From assembly GCF_964204645.1 (NCBI RefSeq), contig NC_134029.1, positions 11,186,850 to 11,250,849 of the forward strand: a stretch of DNA of 64,000 nt, read 5' to 3'. The notes beneath the pieces were generated by a model. It worked only from the letters and a program-made list of their open reading frames with translations, did no database searches and was not told where the DNA came from. Positions 21,382 to 35,490 of the stretch are shown piece after piece. How positions within the stretch are numbered: position 1 is the first letter of the stretch; each line of letters opens with the position of its first letter. A program made the translations under genes and the position numbers. The stretch is from Tubulanus polymorphus (Eukaryota; Animalia; Nemertea).

Positions 21382-24300
21382 CTGGTGGCAGCGTTAATGC
21401 GATTGGAGAGCCTTACGGCAGTATTATTGAGTTGAATCGCTACCCTTTGGCAAGCGTGTTTAAATCAGTTTTTGTTCAGTATATACAATATATCCACGAT
21501 CAGGAATGTCTCATTCTGACCCAGATGCAGGCCAACCGGGTGCGGCCCAGGAAAGGGTCCATCCAATTACAGGTTTGGATGACTTTTTAAGCTCAAATTA
21601 CCCAATATGTCTCACGTAGCATAAAAAGGGAATCCAAATCGCCATCAGGGACCAAGGAGGATGCCCGGGTAAAAGTCCCGTGCCCCAAAATGTACAGAGT
21701 GGGGCATAATTTTCCCGTCTGGTCTGAGCGTTTTGAGAGCTACTGCACATTGTCCGGTGTATGTAGTAGTGAGCTTAAGAAACAACATTTACTAACGTAC
21801 CTGCACCACGAGTCATACCAGGCGGTTAATAACCTCCATCTCACCCCATCCCTGGATTACAATAGTCTCGTTGAGGGGATAAAGGACTGTATGTCATTGA
21901 CACGGTCAGCTTCCGATTTCAAAATGATGTTGAAATCTCGAGAGCAGAAACCCCAAGAAAACATCGGGCACTACGTGGATGCATTGACAGAACTCGCACA
22001 GAGCACGTTAGCACGTGACCATGAGTTAGCACGTGACCAATTCTTGGCAGTTGTGGCGGTACCCTCGAGTGTTAGGGAGCAGTTGTGCGTGGCTCGGCCA
22101 CAGTCCCTATCAGAGCCTTTGTCATTGGCTCGGGTCATGAGACTGTGCGGCGCCTGACTGAGAGACACAAGTCCAGACCCCCTCATCGACATGTAAATGA
22201 GGTGAAGGCCAGTCAGACCGATGAGCTACTTTCGGAACTCGTGGGCCTCGTCAAGGGTTTGAATGTCCGGATGGATGGTTTAGAGGCCAGGGTTAACACA
22301 CAGACTCAGGCCAACTCCCAGGGGAGGGACAAAACATGCTGGCGGTGTCGAGAACCGGATCATACAGCGGATACATGTCCGCAGGTTACATGTCATACAT
22401 GTTCTGGTAGAGTTCATTATGCCAGGAGCTGCCCCTGGAAACAGGGAAACGATTACAGGCGGTTCTCCAGGGAGCAAGGGAATCGCCGCCAATAGAGAGA
22501 CCCTCCACATATATGATGGAGAAGTCCGGAAACATTTTCCTTCACCCGTTAACGATTCCGTACATGATAGAGCCCAAATTGTAAATACTTCAATAATTGT
22601 AAATAGTTCACTAGACCCTTGCGTAAGGGAAATTGTTGGGAACGAAATTTTTGGTGGAACCGATATGACAGGTCGTACATATCTCGAAAAGCAGGCAACT
22701 TCAAATGTTTTAACTCCTTACCCAGATACCTCACTGTCGGTCGGTCAACCGGGTGATGGAATTTCGGATGGTTCTACTCTGAGGCAGGAGCCAGTTTCAA
22801 ATATTTTATGTCTGTGCCCTGCCAACTCTCTGTTGATAAAGTCACACGAAGATACTGTCGTAACCACAATAACAACTGAAAAGCCAGATGTGTCAATAGG
22901 TCCGAGCTGCCCCGTGGCTGAGAAAATGGTGGTCCATCGTGTCGATTTGAGAGACACTGAGCTTTACTGCTCTGAAATTCTTAATGGTTCAACACGTACG
23001 TCTATACTCTTAGACACCGGTACCTCTGTGACTTTGTTGAAAACCTCTGTCTGGGAGAAGAGTCGTAGGATCGATCAGGAAAATCTGCTGCCAGTCGACT
23101 TCGAATTAGCCACTGCCTCGGGTGCGAACATGAAGGTTCATGGGGTGGCCAAGGTAGAGCTCCAGTTGGGAACCTGTAGATTCATGGTCCCCATGGTAAT
23201 AGCCGATGAATTGGCTCAGGAGTGACTTCTCTGAACAATATGGTTGCATTATTGATTACTCTGGTAGAGTTCTTGAGTGTGGCCTTACCCATGTACCATT
23301 GGAGACCAAGGATCCACGACCTAGTTGCTGTCGTTTGTTCCTGACCGAGACTTGTTATATTCTGGGAGGCCATGAGGTGGTGGCCACTGCGTAATTCAAG
23401 CAGAGATATAGTGTAAATAACAATTTTGTTGGTATGGTTGGTCGAGGGAACAGTACTCTGTGCCTGGCTGGCAAATCTCTGGTATGCCCGCGGGATGGGA
23501 GTTTGTGGGAATTTGTTGGCCTATTGAATCAGTCGATGTACTCACATTGCAAGACACTTTTGGTTTGTCAGAGATGGAACTGCCTCAGCCCCAGCAGGAT
23601 CCCCATGATTTAAAGGGTCTTTATGACGAACTAAATGTCGATAGTCTCGAGATTTCGGAGGGTGATAGGGAAGATTTGAAGACGGTCCTAGTGCAGCATC
23701 AGGGTGTATTTTCTCAGGGGGAATTTGATATTGGGAGGACACCCCTCATTAAGTTTGAGATCGATACCGGGGAGCATAAGCCGATTAGGCAGCATCAACG
23801 ACGTCTGCCGAGTAGCATCGAAAGTATTCATTCGGAACCGTGGATCCAATTTTGAATCTCAACTATTCAGTGAGATGTTGAGCCTGCTTGAGATTGAAAA
23901 GACCAGAACGACCGCCTATCACCCCATGGGAAACGGCCAGGTTGAGAATTTTAACAAGTCTATAAAATCAATGTTGACCATGACGGTGAATGACATGGGG
24001 AATGACTGGGACGAGAAACTTCAGTCCTGTTTGATGGCTTTTCGTTCTAATATGCAGGAATTGACTGGCGAAACGCCATTTTTCATGACATTCGGCAGTG
24101 AGATGACCTTACCACTGGCTGTTTTAGTTAGCCTGCCTGAGGAACCTGTCCACCTGACCAAGTTTAGTCAGGACATGTGTAGAAACCTGACTGAAGCTCA
24201 TTAGTCTGTGAGAGTCTGTGACCGCCTCGGAAAAGCCCAACGACGTCAGGCAGCAAAATACGATAGATTTGCTCAGCGTGGGGGGTACAACGTGGGTGAC

Positions 24301-25514
24301 CGAGTATGGAGGTATAGCCATGCCCTCAAGACTGATGAGGCAGCCAAGTTCCATAAGCGCTGGATGGGTCCTTACATAATTGTTGAGAAAATCTCTGAGG
24401 TCACTTACCGGGTTCAGTTGGAGGGAGAACCAAGGTTTGGACAGTGCATTTCAATGAACTGAAGCTCTGTCATGGACCCATAGTTGAGGTTTCCTCAAAC
24501 AAGTCGCGGATGAAAAAACGAAGATGCCTTAGAACCCACCAACCGCCAGTCCATCCGACGAGCCCTGAACACTCAAGAGTCGGAGGATGAGGCATTTGTG
24601 TGGGTACGGCGCCAAAATCCAGAAATGAATTTGGACAGCTCAGGATCCGAGGAGGAGTTCACCCCTGATCAGGTGGGGACTGACAATGAGCCTGCTCCAC
24701 AACCAGCGGACATCGACCACGTCGAAGCTCCAGCGATGCCTGCTGAGGTTTTCCAGGACAATCACAGACAGCTTCGGCCTCGGAATGTTATTAGACCACT
24801 AGTAAGATACCGCGAGTTCACCAGGTCATGTGTCGGTTCATCGAAAGCATGCACCTGCTGTCAGCAGCGCTGGTCTAGGATAATGGACAACAAGGCAAAA
24901 TGGCTAAGAGAGAAAGGGAGAAAGGGAGAAAGGGAGAAAGGGAGATTATTGCGGGAGAGAGCACCTACATGGTTAAATCTCTTGGAACGCATCACTATAA
25001 AAATGTTTTGTCTCTACTCTCTTTTTAGGAACAGACTGAAATATGGTTACCGAGCTGACGTTTTACCTCGAATTTGGGTACTGCCGTTATTTTGGATTTT
25101 TATTTTTAGCTTACCTTGTTGATACGGAATCAGACTCATGTTGGAACCTTCTGCAGGAGGCCCAACCGACCGGACGAACCTTTGTGATTTCAGCACGTAG
25201 GAACCTGCTGTTCACTGACCTAGGCAAGTGTGTTGGTTATTGAGTGAGTACCTTCAGATGGTTTAATCGCCTCTAATCTACCCCCAGTGGAACATAAGCG
25301 TAGTGTTGATGTATCAGTTGGGTCGCGTTGGATAATTGGATTTATTGCGAATTGCGAACTGTAAATACCGAATGTGTGCGAATGTGTGTGTTGGCGTAAC
25401 CTGTAGTTTATGACATTTTTGTAACGGACACTGAATATCGACATGATATATGAACTGGACGTATGTGGATACTGGACGTATGTGCGGTCGCTTACAACAC
25501 TTTTGGGGGAGTGG

Positions 25515-25741
25515 TGTAACGGGTCTCGTACCCATTATTATTTACATAGTTTACCGTCAGTAATTAGTGTAATGTATAGTGTAATAAATCACCGCTAGGT
25601 GCGGTCTCTTAGAAGTGAATCCATTGTCCGAGTAAGTTTGTTGTTCTTTTGTTCGGGATAAATTGCCCCTTTTAGCCTACTGTCGGAGTGTAGATCATCC
25701 TTAAAGGAGGTATTAGATATTTAGAAGACAGGACCGTTACA
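25515..25741 (+). repeat. 3' LTR
   Basis: Direct repeat of 21158-21381, preceded by the PPT. Confidence 0.95.
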
Positions 25742-27292
25742 CCTCTTTATGACTAGCTGAATGGAGTGCCAAAAGTTAGCCAGTCTAGTAAAGCTAATTA
25801 GCAAATAGAATGGGGAGACTCCCAGCAACAGGCCTTCGACGCATTGAAGAAGGTACTGACAGAACCCCCAGTTCTATGACTACACTGTCACAGCTGTACA
25901 GTTAAGACAGACAACAATCCTCTCACTTATGGGTTGTCGTCGGCAAAGCTGTATGCCATCAGCCATCGCTGGCTGAAGAGTCTGGCCATCTGCAATTTAT
26001 CAATAGAGTACTTTTCGGGAAAAAGTAACATTGATGCGGACACTCTCAGTCGTCAGATTCATGTAAATACCGAAGTTATGAGTGCCATGTGTACCGCCAA
26101 AAATACATTCAGAGGAAAATGTACAACTTATTTCCTGAAAAACTGGGGTATTTCAATAGGCTATCATTTCATTGTTAGAATAGCTACATGCGTAATATTT
26201 GTATCAATTGAACCAGAAGGTTCTGAACTGAGCATTGATGTTTGTTCTGTATTAATTGAAACAGCAAGTTTTGTATAAAGCCTAAATGAAAAAGTGTTCT
26301 TTTAGACTTTTTACTTGTAAGATTCACTAGCATTTCACCGGGGACTCAATTCCATGCAGGGCTGCTAGATGTCAGCACTTTAGTTTTGTTCTAAATACGG
26401 CATATTCTTGGCATAAGTCCAGAGTAGACCACATGGCTAATTATGATTCAAGTAAGTGCCAGATGGATGTACTATAGTCTATTACAAGTGCCTGACAACT
26501 CTACATTCATTTACACTGATGATGGCAAAGAAACTGAATCCAGATTTTCTGAGTAAAATCTCGATTGAAGATATTTTCAACGGTTTGCAGAATCGATTAA
26601 TATTTGATGGTCATATCCTTTTTTCGAATCGAAATCGAAAAGACTATGTGACACATTTCTACTTAAAAGATATCTTATTAAACTCTTAATATCTGACTTA
26701 GTACTAGCATTCAAACTGACTCTCTGACTCTCAACGGCTCAAGGACCCTTACGTCCATTTTCTGCTTACATGGAAGTTATTGCTGTGGATCATATCGGAA
26801 AACCATTGACTGACAAATATGTTAGTCGAACTGAATTTCAAAAATTTGTATTGGATAGGCCTACAGACGAAACCACGGAGATGGATATAGCTGCTTTTAT
26901 CCACTCCATTGGCGATTATGTGAGGGACTTCATACAAAGAATTCTGAATTCTCCGGATAAATCGGACACCACTACTGACGGCGACAAATCATATACTCAA
27001 TATATACTCAATTTCAACCAGAAACTGGTATTTATGTACTTTCGGGTGGTTGTCTCGGGCTTATGCTTTCATTGTACAAACGACAACGACGAAATGGATA
27101 TATACCAGCAAAGGAAAATCTAACTGTTTTGGGACGTATAATTGTATTGGATAAAACGACTGAAAAAATACCCGTGGAGTAACGATGTCGGGACAGAGGT
27201 GGACTATATGTACTCAGGAGAGAATATATGGAAGAATTGAAATCACTTGATAATACAATTATTCGCATAGTAAACAAACAGGAGTTTAAATA

Positions 27293-28250
27293 AAGGACCA
27301 ATGGTCCAGTGGCTCGCCAAACTGGTGTGGGGAAGTAAAAAATCTGTCACGTAGGCTACCGGTATGCAAAAAATTCATTTCATTGAAAATTATACCAGAA
27401 AAAAATATATGAAAAGGACTCAATCTTGGTGAGTGTGAACTTTTAATGATAACTGACTTTACGAGAATGAAATCTCCGAAAAATGGATTATGGGCCTTTT
27501 GTCTGGACAAATGTTCAAAATCATCCCTTTAACGATGTAAAACAACTAAAACTATGAGTGACCCCTTAAGTTACGTACAAACTTGGCGAGAGCCTTGGTT
27601 TCATCGGAGGTTTTTTCATTTTTATCATACGGACCAATCAGCACAGAAGCTCCCAAGTTCTTCAAATTTGAGGCCAGTCAGTGCCAGTTACTGACGAAAC
27701 AAAGTTTATCGACTGACATGGTATTCAATAATTTCACGATAGGATGGCTTTAAGTAGCTTACGTCTTCACTCAGACAAATCGTTGTTACGCGCGACCTAC
27801 ACCGTGGCGCGCGTACTCTATAACTGATGCACACACGCAGTGAACAAGAGGGTATAAGGCGATATTGCCTACGCGACTGTACGACTGTTCTCTGTGCCGC
27901 AGTTAACAAACTAACACTAATAATCAGGCTCCTAAAACAGATCGTTATGCTTCAATTAATGATGATAAAACTTTCAATTTTCACATGTGTTATTTTGGAA
28001 AGTTAAAGATGCTGCATAAAAAAACATGCTCAAATAAATCGAATTTTTGAAACTTTTCGGTAAATTTCTCAAAAATATGAAACCCACGGCTTTCAACTTT
28101 GCGCACCATAATGAAAAACCGATTACGAAATATATTTTTGCTTAATCCGTTCAATTCGCCCATTAGTAGTGAAATTACAGTGCTAAAAATAGCTTTGAAC
28201 GTAGTGTATTAAGCATATGAATGATTATCGATCGGCCAGACCGTTGACAA
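27293..28250 (+). mobile_element. Non-autonomous repeat family B, copy 1
   Basis: Reverse-complement homology along its length to 56060-59350 (ggaccaat.gtccagtggctcgccaaactgg ... gatcggc.agaccgttgac). Confidence 0.85.
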
Positions 28251-28899
28251 AAACAAAAGAAAGCTCTGATAAAGGTAATAAAAATTCTGCTGTTACATCA
28301 TTTGAATCAGATACGTAATGGAATTCAATATTCTAACTAATCCATTTATTTTTTTAGATTGCCACTACTGAAGTTTGACTGAACAATGAAATGGAATCTG
28401 TTTTCGTTAACTTGACAACTACCAGACTTGGATTGGCATTAGCCCAAGGATTGTCACCGAACATTTATTTGGTTTGGCAATATTCTATAAGAAAGTATAC
28501 ACATGCGCGCATAAATGGATTTATTGTGGGTCACTGAGAGAAATTGAGTGAAAAGGCTGGTAAACGGCTAAAGGGTGGTTCAAATCTACGTGAACAATTA
28601 TACAGTGTCAGCAAGGCAAATTTGCGTTGTCCTCCAGCATCAAATAACAGAGCTACTACAAAGAAATCATCGACTTCAAAGACGACAAAAAAGACTAAGA
28701 AATAGATTATTGGCTAATAGAAATATCTAAAAAAAGTATTTCAATTGATCAGTTTTATATTTGAATTTACATGGCTACCAATTTCACAAAAATACAATTT
28801 TCAATACTGGTATTTGATATATAAATAGGAAATAAAGCAACTTAAATTTACACAATATGCATCTTATTTTCTCATCAAAGGCACATCTTTCGTGTACAG

Positions 28900-29950
28900 A
28901 GGTGTATCGCGGTAAAAGTTTCTTTTGTTCTTATTCTGATGTCCATGAACTTCCCTACGCAGCATTACAGTACCTCTAGCCTTCCTAGTCTAGTTTTCCC
29001 CTACATAATGTTTAAATTGTGAAAACAAAATTTCCACGGCACTACCATTCACAGTGAGTGGTGTGATGTAATAATCTGGAAACTCGGTCAGATATTCATC
29101 ACAGAAACCTAAGAAGCCGAAAACCTTAACTCGCAACAAATCATATGTCTGCAATATAAGAGTAGACCGAAACATAAACATAAACATATGGGAACATTCG
29201 AAAATCGGATACGGGTTGAGACAATGACAAGCATTTCCCGATTCCACAAACTCATTATTTCCTCCCATCCGAAATTCACACTGTTTCTTCCTTCAGTGAC
29301 AAATTCTTTATTCCCTCCCGGTTCAGCTGATTTATCACATTTTTTATCTGAAGAAATAATCTAGAACTAGCCGTGGCTGAAACATTTCTAGAGTACCACA
29401 ATCAAAGAAATAAATTTATTTTGTGTGACAGTACGTTCTTGGTGTGATGGACATATGATAAAATAAATGTTCTTTCCTGGCTCATGAGGGTTCATCATTC
29501 GGGGAGAAACGCTGTGTAGGTCATTCGGATTTCCGTGATTGAGTTCAAAAGCACCATGTGGATAACCAGACAGCATCTTAATCATCGACAGATTAGTATT
29601 TGCTCCATCTGTGACTACTGCCCTTGTCTGGAATATAAATTATTTATTTGAAATACACAGAACATCTGACAGATATGAATTCAGATTATTGATAATTTAT
29701 TAACTAATTCCATATACATACCTTAAATCCGTAATTGTAGAATATCTTTCCTACATCAAACAAGCAAGCTGTAGTGTGACAGCTGAAATATGGACCGATT
29801 ACATCAAAATCCCTACTAAGATATCTCCATAAGAACAGGAGTTCATATTCAGCAGTTTCTGAGGCCAAATCTCCAGATATAGATTTAAACATATCCTTTA
29901 GCGATGTCATTTCGGTGTAATCCATCGCTAGTCCGTGTTTTGGTCGAGCA
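28900..29950 (-). pseudogene. Degenerate intron-containing P-element/THAP9-like transposase, within a ~26100-30425 insertion
   Basis: FLWRYLSRDFDVIGPYFS; AVVTDGANTNLSM; FIICPSHQ; VNGSAVEILFSQFK. These resemble the D, D..H and E catalytic regions of P-family transposases. Confidence 0.6.
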
Positions 29951-31823
29951 AATGCAAAGAAATTTATGAACTCCAGGGTTTATATTCCTGCAAGATAGGC
30001 CTAACATCTGGAATGTGTCATCTTTATGGATGGTAACTGCCATTCTTTCATTGATTGGGGTTAGGCCTATCTGAGGTGACCTTTGAGTGACACCACAATT
30101 GTAACCATGGATCTATACATTCTAGCAAAATAAATGGATTATCCTTACGTATTTCTGACTCAATTATAAATCCATTATGCAACCACAAAATGCTCAAGTT
30201 TATGTCAATGATTGGACTCTCCTTTAACTCAAAATGTCATCAAAAATACCAAAAATACATTAAAGAGATGTATTTTTGAAAATACATAAAAGTATGCTTT
30301 ATCAATTTATGATGTTATTCAGAATTTATTTAACATCAGACTCTCAAAATCAAATTAACGAAAAGAAAGTGAAATGAGATATCAGTTAAAAATGAGCAAA
30401 CTCTTAAATTTTCTATTTCCCTCTGGTATACTCCAAGCAGAGCGTTTTAACTCCACGCTTATTCAACGTTTGGGTTAGTTGGAACTGACGAAAAAGATTG
30501 TGGAAAGATCACATCTCCTCAGTCGTGTTTCAGTCTAACTGTACACCCCATGACTCTACTGGATTCTCGCCATATCAAATGCTTTTCGGTCGAGAGCCTT
30601 TGTTGCCGGTGGATGAGGTTTATCAGTTAAACAAGCCTAGGTCACAATCTGCAGCCACACTTCAAGAATCAAGCTCGCAAAAGGTTCAGCCAGTTCAGCC
30701 AACAAGTTCGCTCGGTACTACAACTCTTAGGTTTGAGGGATGTCGGTTGCTATTGGGGACATGGTGTTTGTTAGGAAAGTCGGGGTAAAGGGGCGAAATA
30801 AATTAGGTGACCGCTGGGAAGAAAACCCTTATCTCGTAGTCCGTCAGCCAAATCCTGAGATACCAGTGTACATGGTCAAGATACCGTGACTGACAAGCAA
30901 AAAACCTTACACCACAATTTGCTGATGGTTCTTTCGGTTCCCCTTCATATACCTCAGGTTTCGAACCCAGGAAAAAGAGCTGAGTCCCAAGACTCATAAC
31001 TCACCTAGTCATGATACAGCAGAAGCTGTACCAGAGGACGATGGAGAGTTGGACCACTTTGTGATCATAGAGAGTAGGACGATTTGTCGTGGTGGGAAGC
31101 AAGAATCGAATTCAGATTCCCTCTTCGGGGAGTTGAATGTTGTTATTGATTCTGTGCCTACCATACTTTTACTACTCCTTCATAGTCCCCACTCTTATCG
31201 GCGGATCATGAACGTGGTCATTCTGAGATAACTTCAAACACACACCAATAGCCAATCAGTTTGATACGAGTGGTGTCCAGGGGAATGAGGGTTAATCTCA
31301 AGTAGAGTCCATTCAGGAGCTTGAGAGTACTGTTGGCTGACCCCCACGTACAAGGAAATTGCCAGTCAGATTTGGCGATTGCTTGGTGGGACAAACGCAG
31401 TTAAGTCCTTCTTGGGCGCAGAAGATAGAAATTTTGTTTGCTGCAGGCCTAGATCCTGCTATTAGTTCAAATACATCGATTATTGAGGCTATTCTCAAAG
31501 TATGCGCGTGTGACACAATGGATTAATTGACATTACTTTACAGGACGTTTTAGGGACATGTGGGGATTTGCAATATAGTATCCAATGCATATTGATCTAT
31601 TTCATGGCATTATAATTCTGATTCATGATTCGATATGGGACCATCGAAATGGTAACGGGTGGGGGGAGGGGGTATATTGTGGAAGCGTAAATTGTAAATT
31701 GTATATTTCGGGAGCGTAAATAGTATATTGTGGAAGTGTAAATAGTTATTGGGATGACTAACGGATGATTTCCACTAGGCCTACCAGAACTGATGATGAT
31801 ATTTTATGAGTGTGTAACTTATA

Positions 31824-33247
31824 AAACTAGGGGTCCAGGGACACCATGCCCACTTGGGAAGTGGTTTCAAATGCTCAACAATCTAACAATTTCAATATTC
31901 AATGCCCCCTGGTGACCATTTACAAAAACCAATGACCTTGAAACTCACTACACATAGAACATGTCAGCAGCTACGATTTTGTAATTGATTGTGATAACAA
32001 AATATGCATCGTTGCCAATTTAATATGGAAATACTAAGTCATTCTACTATTCAACGCCCCCTGGTGACCATATTCAAAACCCAATGACCTCGAAACTCAC
32101 CACAATCATAGAACATGTCATGAACTACAACTTTGCAATTGATCATGGTAGCAAAATATGCCTCGGTACCAATATAATAAGGAAATACTAAGTTATTCTA
32201 CTATTCAACGCCCCCTGGTGACCATATAGATAAACTTATGTCCTTAAAACTCGCAACAATCATAGATGATGTCATGAGCTACAACTTTCCAATTGATTGT
32301 GGTTACAAAATATGCATAGGTACGAATATAATAAAGAAATGCCAAGATATTGTATTATTCAACGCCCCCTGGTGGCCATATACGAAATCCAATTACCTTG
32401 AAACTCACCACAATCATAGAACACGTTATGAGATACAACTTTCTAATTGATTGTGGTAGCAAAATACGCTTAGGTATCAATATAATGTGGAAAAACTTTT
32501 TCCGACTTACGAATGAGTACTGGTGACACTAAGATGGCCGCCAATTGCGTCGTAATTGGCTGATGAAAAATACCTGTCTCAGGTATAAAACATCCCTTTC
32601 CAAAGAATACCCACCACAAATTGCAATGAGAAATGACAAACCAGTAGGAAGCTACAGGACTCAGAATTCGGGCCAAAATTAACATTTTTGGGCACTAAAA
32701 AGGTCATAGGACGGCCATCTTGAGTCCGACCAACCCAATTTTCGGTATGTTGATGGGCCCTGGGGGGATTCACATATATCCGAAAGATCAAGCTAATTGA
32801 TCAAACCGTCTTCAAAATTTCCCTCAAAAAGTTCAAAAATGTGTAAAAAGTACTGATTTTGGCGATCAACAATGGCTGCCAGTCGGCCATCTTGATTCTG
32901 ACAGGGCCAGTTTTTGGGCTGAAGATGTGTCTAGGGTAGATACATGTGTAACCCAAATATCATGACGTTACCTTGAAGCGTCTTCAAAACTTCCCAAAAT
33001 AACTGGATTCCGTCTACGGACGGACGGACGCTACAACGGACGACGGACGAAAAGTGAACGCAATAGCCCGCTGGGACTAAAGTCCAAAGTGGGCTAAAAA
33101 CTAGGGGTCCAGGGACACCATGCCCACTTGGAAAGTGGCTTCAAATGCTCAACAATCTAACAATTTCAATATTCAACGCCCCCCGGTGACCATATACAAA
33201 TACCAATGACCTTGAAACTCACCACAATCATAGAACACGTTATAAGC
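31824..33247 (+). mobile_element. Helentron-associated (HINE/DINE-like) family A: full-length copy (31824-33100) plus head-to-tail partial copy
   Basis: Four internal ~154-bp repeats (tattcaacgccccctgg at 31896, 32048, 32202, 32356), (CGGA)n microsatellite, 3' hairpin agcccgctgggactaaagtccaaagtgggct, A-rich flanks. The superfamily is inferred from structure. Confidence 0.7.
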
Positions 33248-35490
33248 TAATGTCTATTTATTTCTGATTGTCCGCGATCTTTTTGGGATATTTCGCTTAA
33301 TTTTGGGAGCGCATACCTCAAAAAGGTCTTAATCGAATCAGCAGCGTTTTGCACTCCACATAAATCATCGTTTTTTATATCCATTTTACACTGTTTAGAA
33401 GGATTGATGAATATTCTCGAAAATTTAGCCTTAAATCGGCGAGAACAACCGCTATTTTGTTCATTTTTGCTTATTTCTTTATGCAAATAAGGCATTGCAC
33501 ACATGCGCAATGAGGTGAGGATGCGTCAATTATATCATGGGGGATAAAGCATCTTCTTGTCGCCAAGAGACCAACCAACGACTCAAAATATTACTCTAGA
33601 AATTTGTTTTAGTGAATAAAGATGGCTTTGTCAAAGGTATCAAAACAATGTGGTTTGGAAATGATTTAGGCAAGGTATTTCCATGATATTTTGAATTTAT
33701 TCGCAGTTCATATTTAGCGCCATTCTCGCAAGATTATCAACAACCCGGAAATAAAATCCAAGCCCATCGCCAAACCCCTGTGCATCATGAGCCTCATATG
33801 TGACCGTATGTAAAAAAAGCCATGCCCCCGGTTCCTACAGCTAGCCCAGCTCCACATTCTGAAAATATATATCAAAGTGATTTAGGCCTACCAAGGAAAG
33901 GCACTTCCACTTCAGTCTTCGCCAAAAATGTTCATTTCTCCGTAACCGGGGAGATGCAACGACCTTGAGTTGAGAAACGATCAATTACGATACCGTCATT
34001 TGATCGCTCATATAAGTAAGATAACGTTTTAATTCAATTGTCTTACTATGTGATTAAGCCTGAACTAGGCCTAACGTTAAATGTTAATGTAAAATCGAAA
34101 ATTGATTCTTTTTCGTGGTTGTTTAGACTGGTTGCCTGTCCCATTCAATATATTCTAATAGACTGGTGGCCGGTCTCTACCTTCAGTTAGATTCTGACTG
34201 CGAATGCAGGTGGCGCAGAATTGGACAGGCGACCAGTCTAATATTCTAATTGAAGATGTCACAACCCAAGTGGCAATCACCCCGTATTCAAACTATTATA
34301 AATTGAAGATTTCAAAGGTGGCACGATGATTTGTTTGCGGGCCGCCGTAGGCTCCAGGAAAAGAAGAAAAATAATTCATATGAAGTAGAAGATTAAGAAA
34401 TTATATAAACGGAAGCCAAATCATTCATTACGAGCGGGTGGATCCGATTGTTTTTTGAATTTTTGCTAAGCTGGGTGGCCCCGCAACCGCCAATTCGTTC
34501 GTTGGAATTAATACAATTTATATCTCCCAGTTATGATGTGATTGGGATTTTGAAAAATCAATCTTCTGAGAATAGAATGGTACCGGTATTAGTAGTACGT
34601 ATTTATAGTTTAGTATCACGTAGTAAAGACTGCTTAGAGGGTGGATGATATCCTCGTTAGTAAGCCTGTACCATGAAGTTCCTTATTGGCTTATCATAAA
34701 ACCGTTCTTCTAAATAATCCAGACGGTAAATATGGACGGAACCTCAACTGCATATTAAAACACAACAAGGTGACAACTGCAGTCCTTGGTATGCCGATGT
34801 GATGAATAAATTCGACGATCATACAAACATTTCGGGGACAAAAATCAGCGGTCAGATAATTTCCTAGAATTGGCATTTAAGTCCAACTTTCCCTAAGTTG
34901 AATAGCTCACAGACTTGGAATCATACCGAAAATAGCAATAGTGGAATTTATTCCTATTTCACTCGGAATAAAACGAGGAAAGATTTTGGCGTACGATGGC
35001 GATCAAGATAACTTTTGAAATCTAAGATAGTTGATTCCTAGTCTTAGTTTCGTCAAGCGACTCCCTTTTGTTAAAATGTAATCATTCCTAGCTCACAAAC
35101 GGTATAAACCTCGAAAATCAATAACTATAATGATTCTAGATCTCGAGTCGAAAGTTACCAATAATCCCTTAATGTGAAATTAAACTAGTGATGTCCAGCT
35201 CAGAGACTCTAAATTTACACAAACACTCGTGAAAAAAGGGCGATGATTAACTCAGAAACTCAGAATGTACCTAACAAAATCTCTTAATTAAAATTAAAAG
35301 GGCAATGATTTCAGCTTACCTAAAAAGTCAGTTGCGAAATTAAAAAAAGATGATTTCAGCTCAGAAACTCAGAATTTACCTAAATCACTTGTGAAATGCG
35401 ATGATTTCACTTCAGAAATGTAGCGTTGTGACATCGCTCTCTTGAAAAGAATCCATTGTTGTTCTGGTGAGTTGTGTGTGATCCCGGTTG

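Larger units (their letters stand above)
21158..25741 (+). mobile_element. Nested Gypsy LTR retrotransposon, internally deleted (gag, protease, integrase part; RT and RNase H missing)
   Basis: LTRs 21158-21381 and 25515-25741 (TG..CA); 4-bp TSD cctc; PBS TGGTGGCAGCG 21383-21393 (tRNA-Leu type); PPT 25505-25514; two CCHC knuckles; LLDTG protease; integrase TTAYHPMGNGQVE. Confidence 0.95.
18840..31760 (+). mobile_element. Decayed Ty3/Gypsy retrotransposon split by nested insertions (RT 19195-19480 and 20806-21157; RT-RNase H 25746-26097; integrase 30440-30920; PPT ~31657-31672)
   Basis: RRIPP..ASPVVLVRKK..FCIDY; YIDDIIVFS; TDNNPLTY..ADTLSR; ERFNSTL..PHDSTGFSPYQMLFGREP; polypurine run gggtggggggaggggg. 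Contains stops and frameshifts; outer boundaries approximate. Confidence 0.85.
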
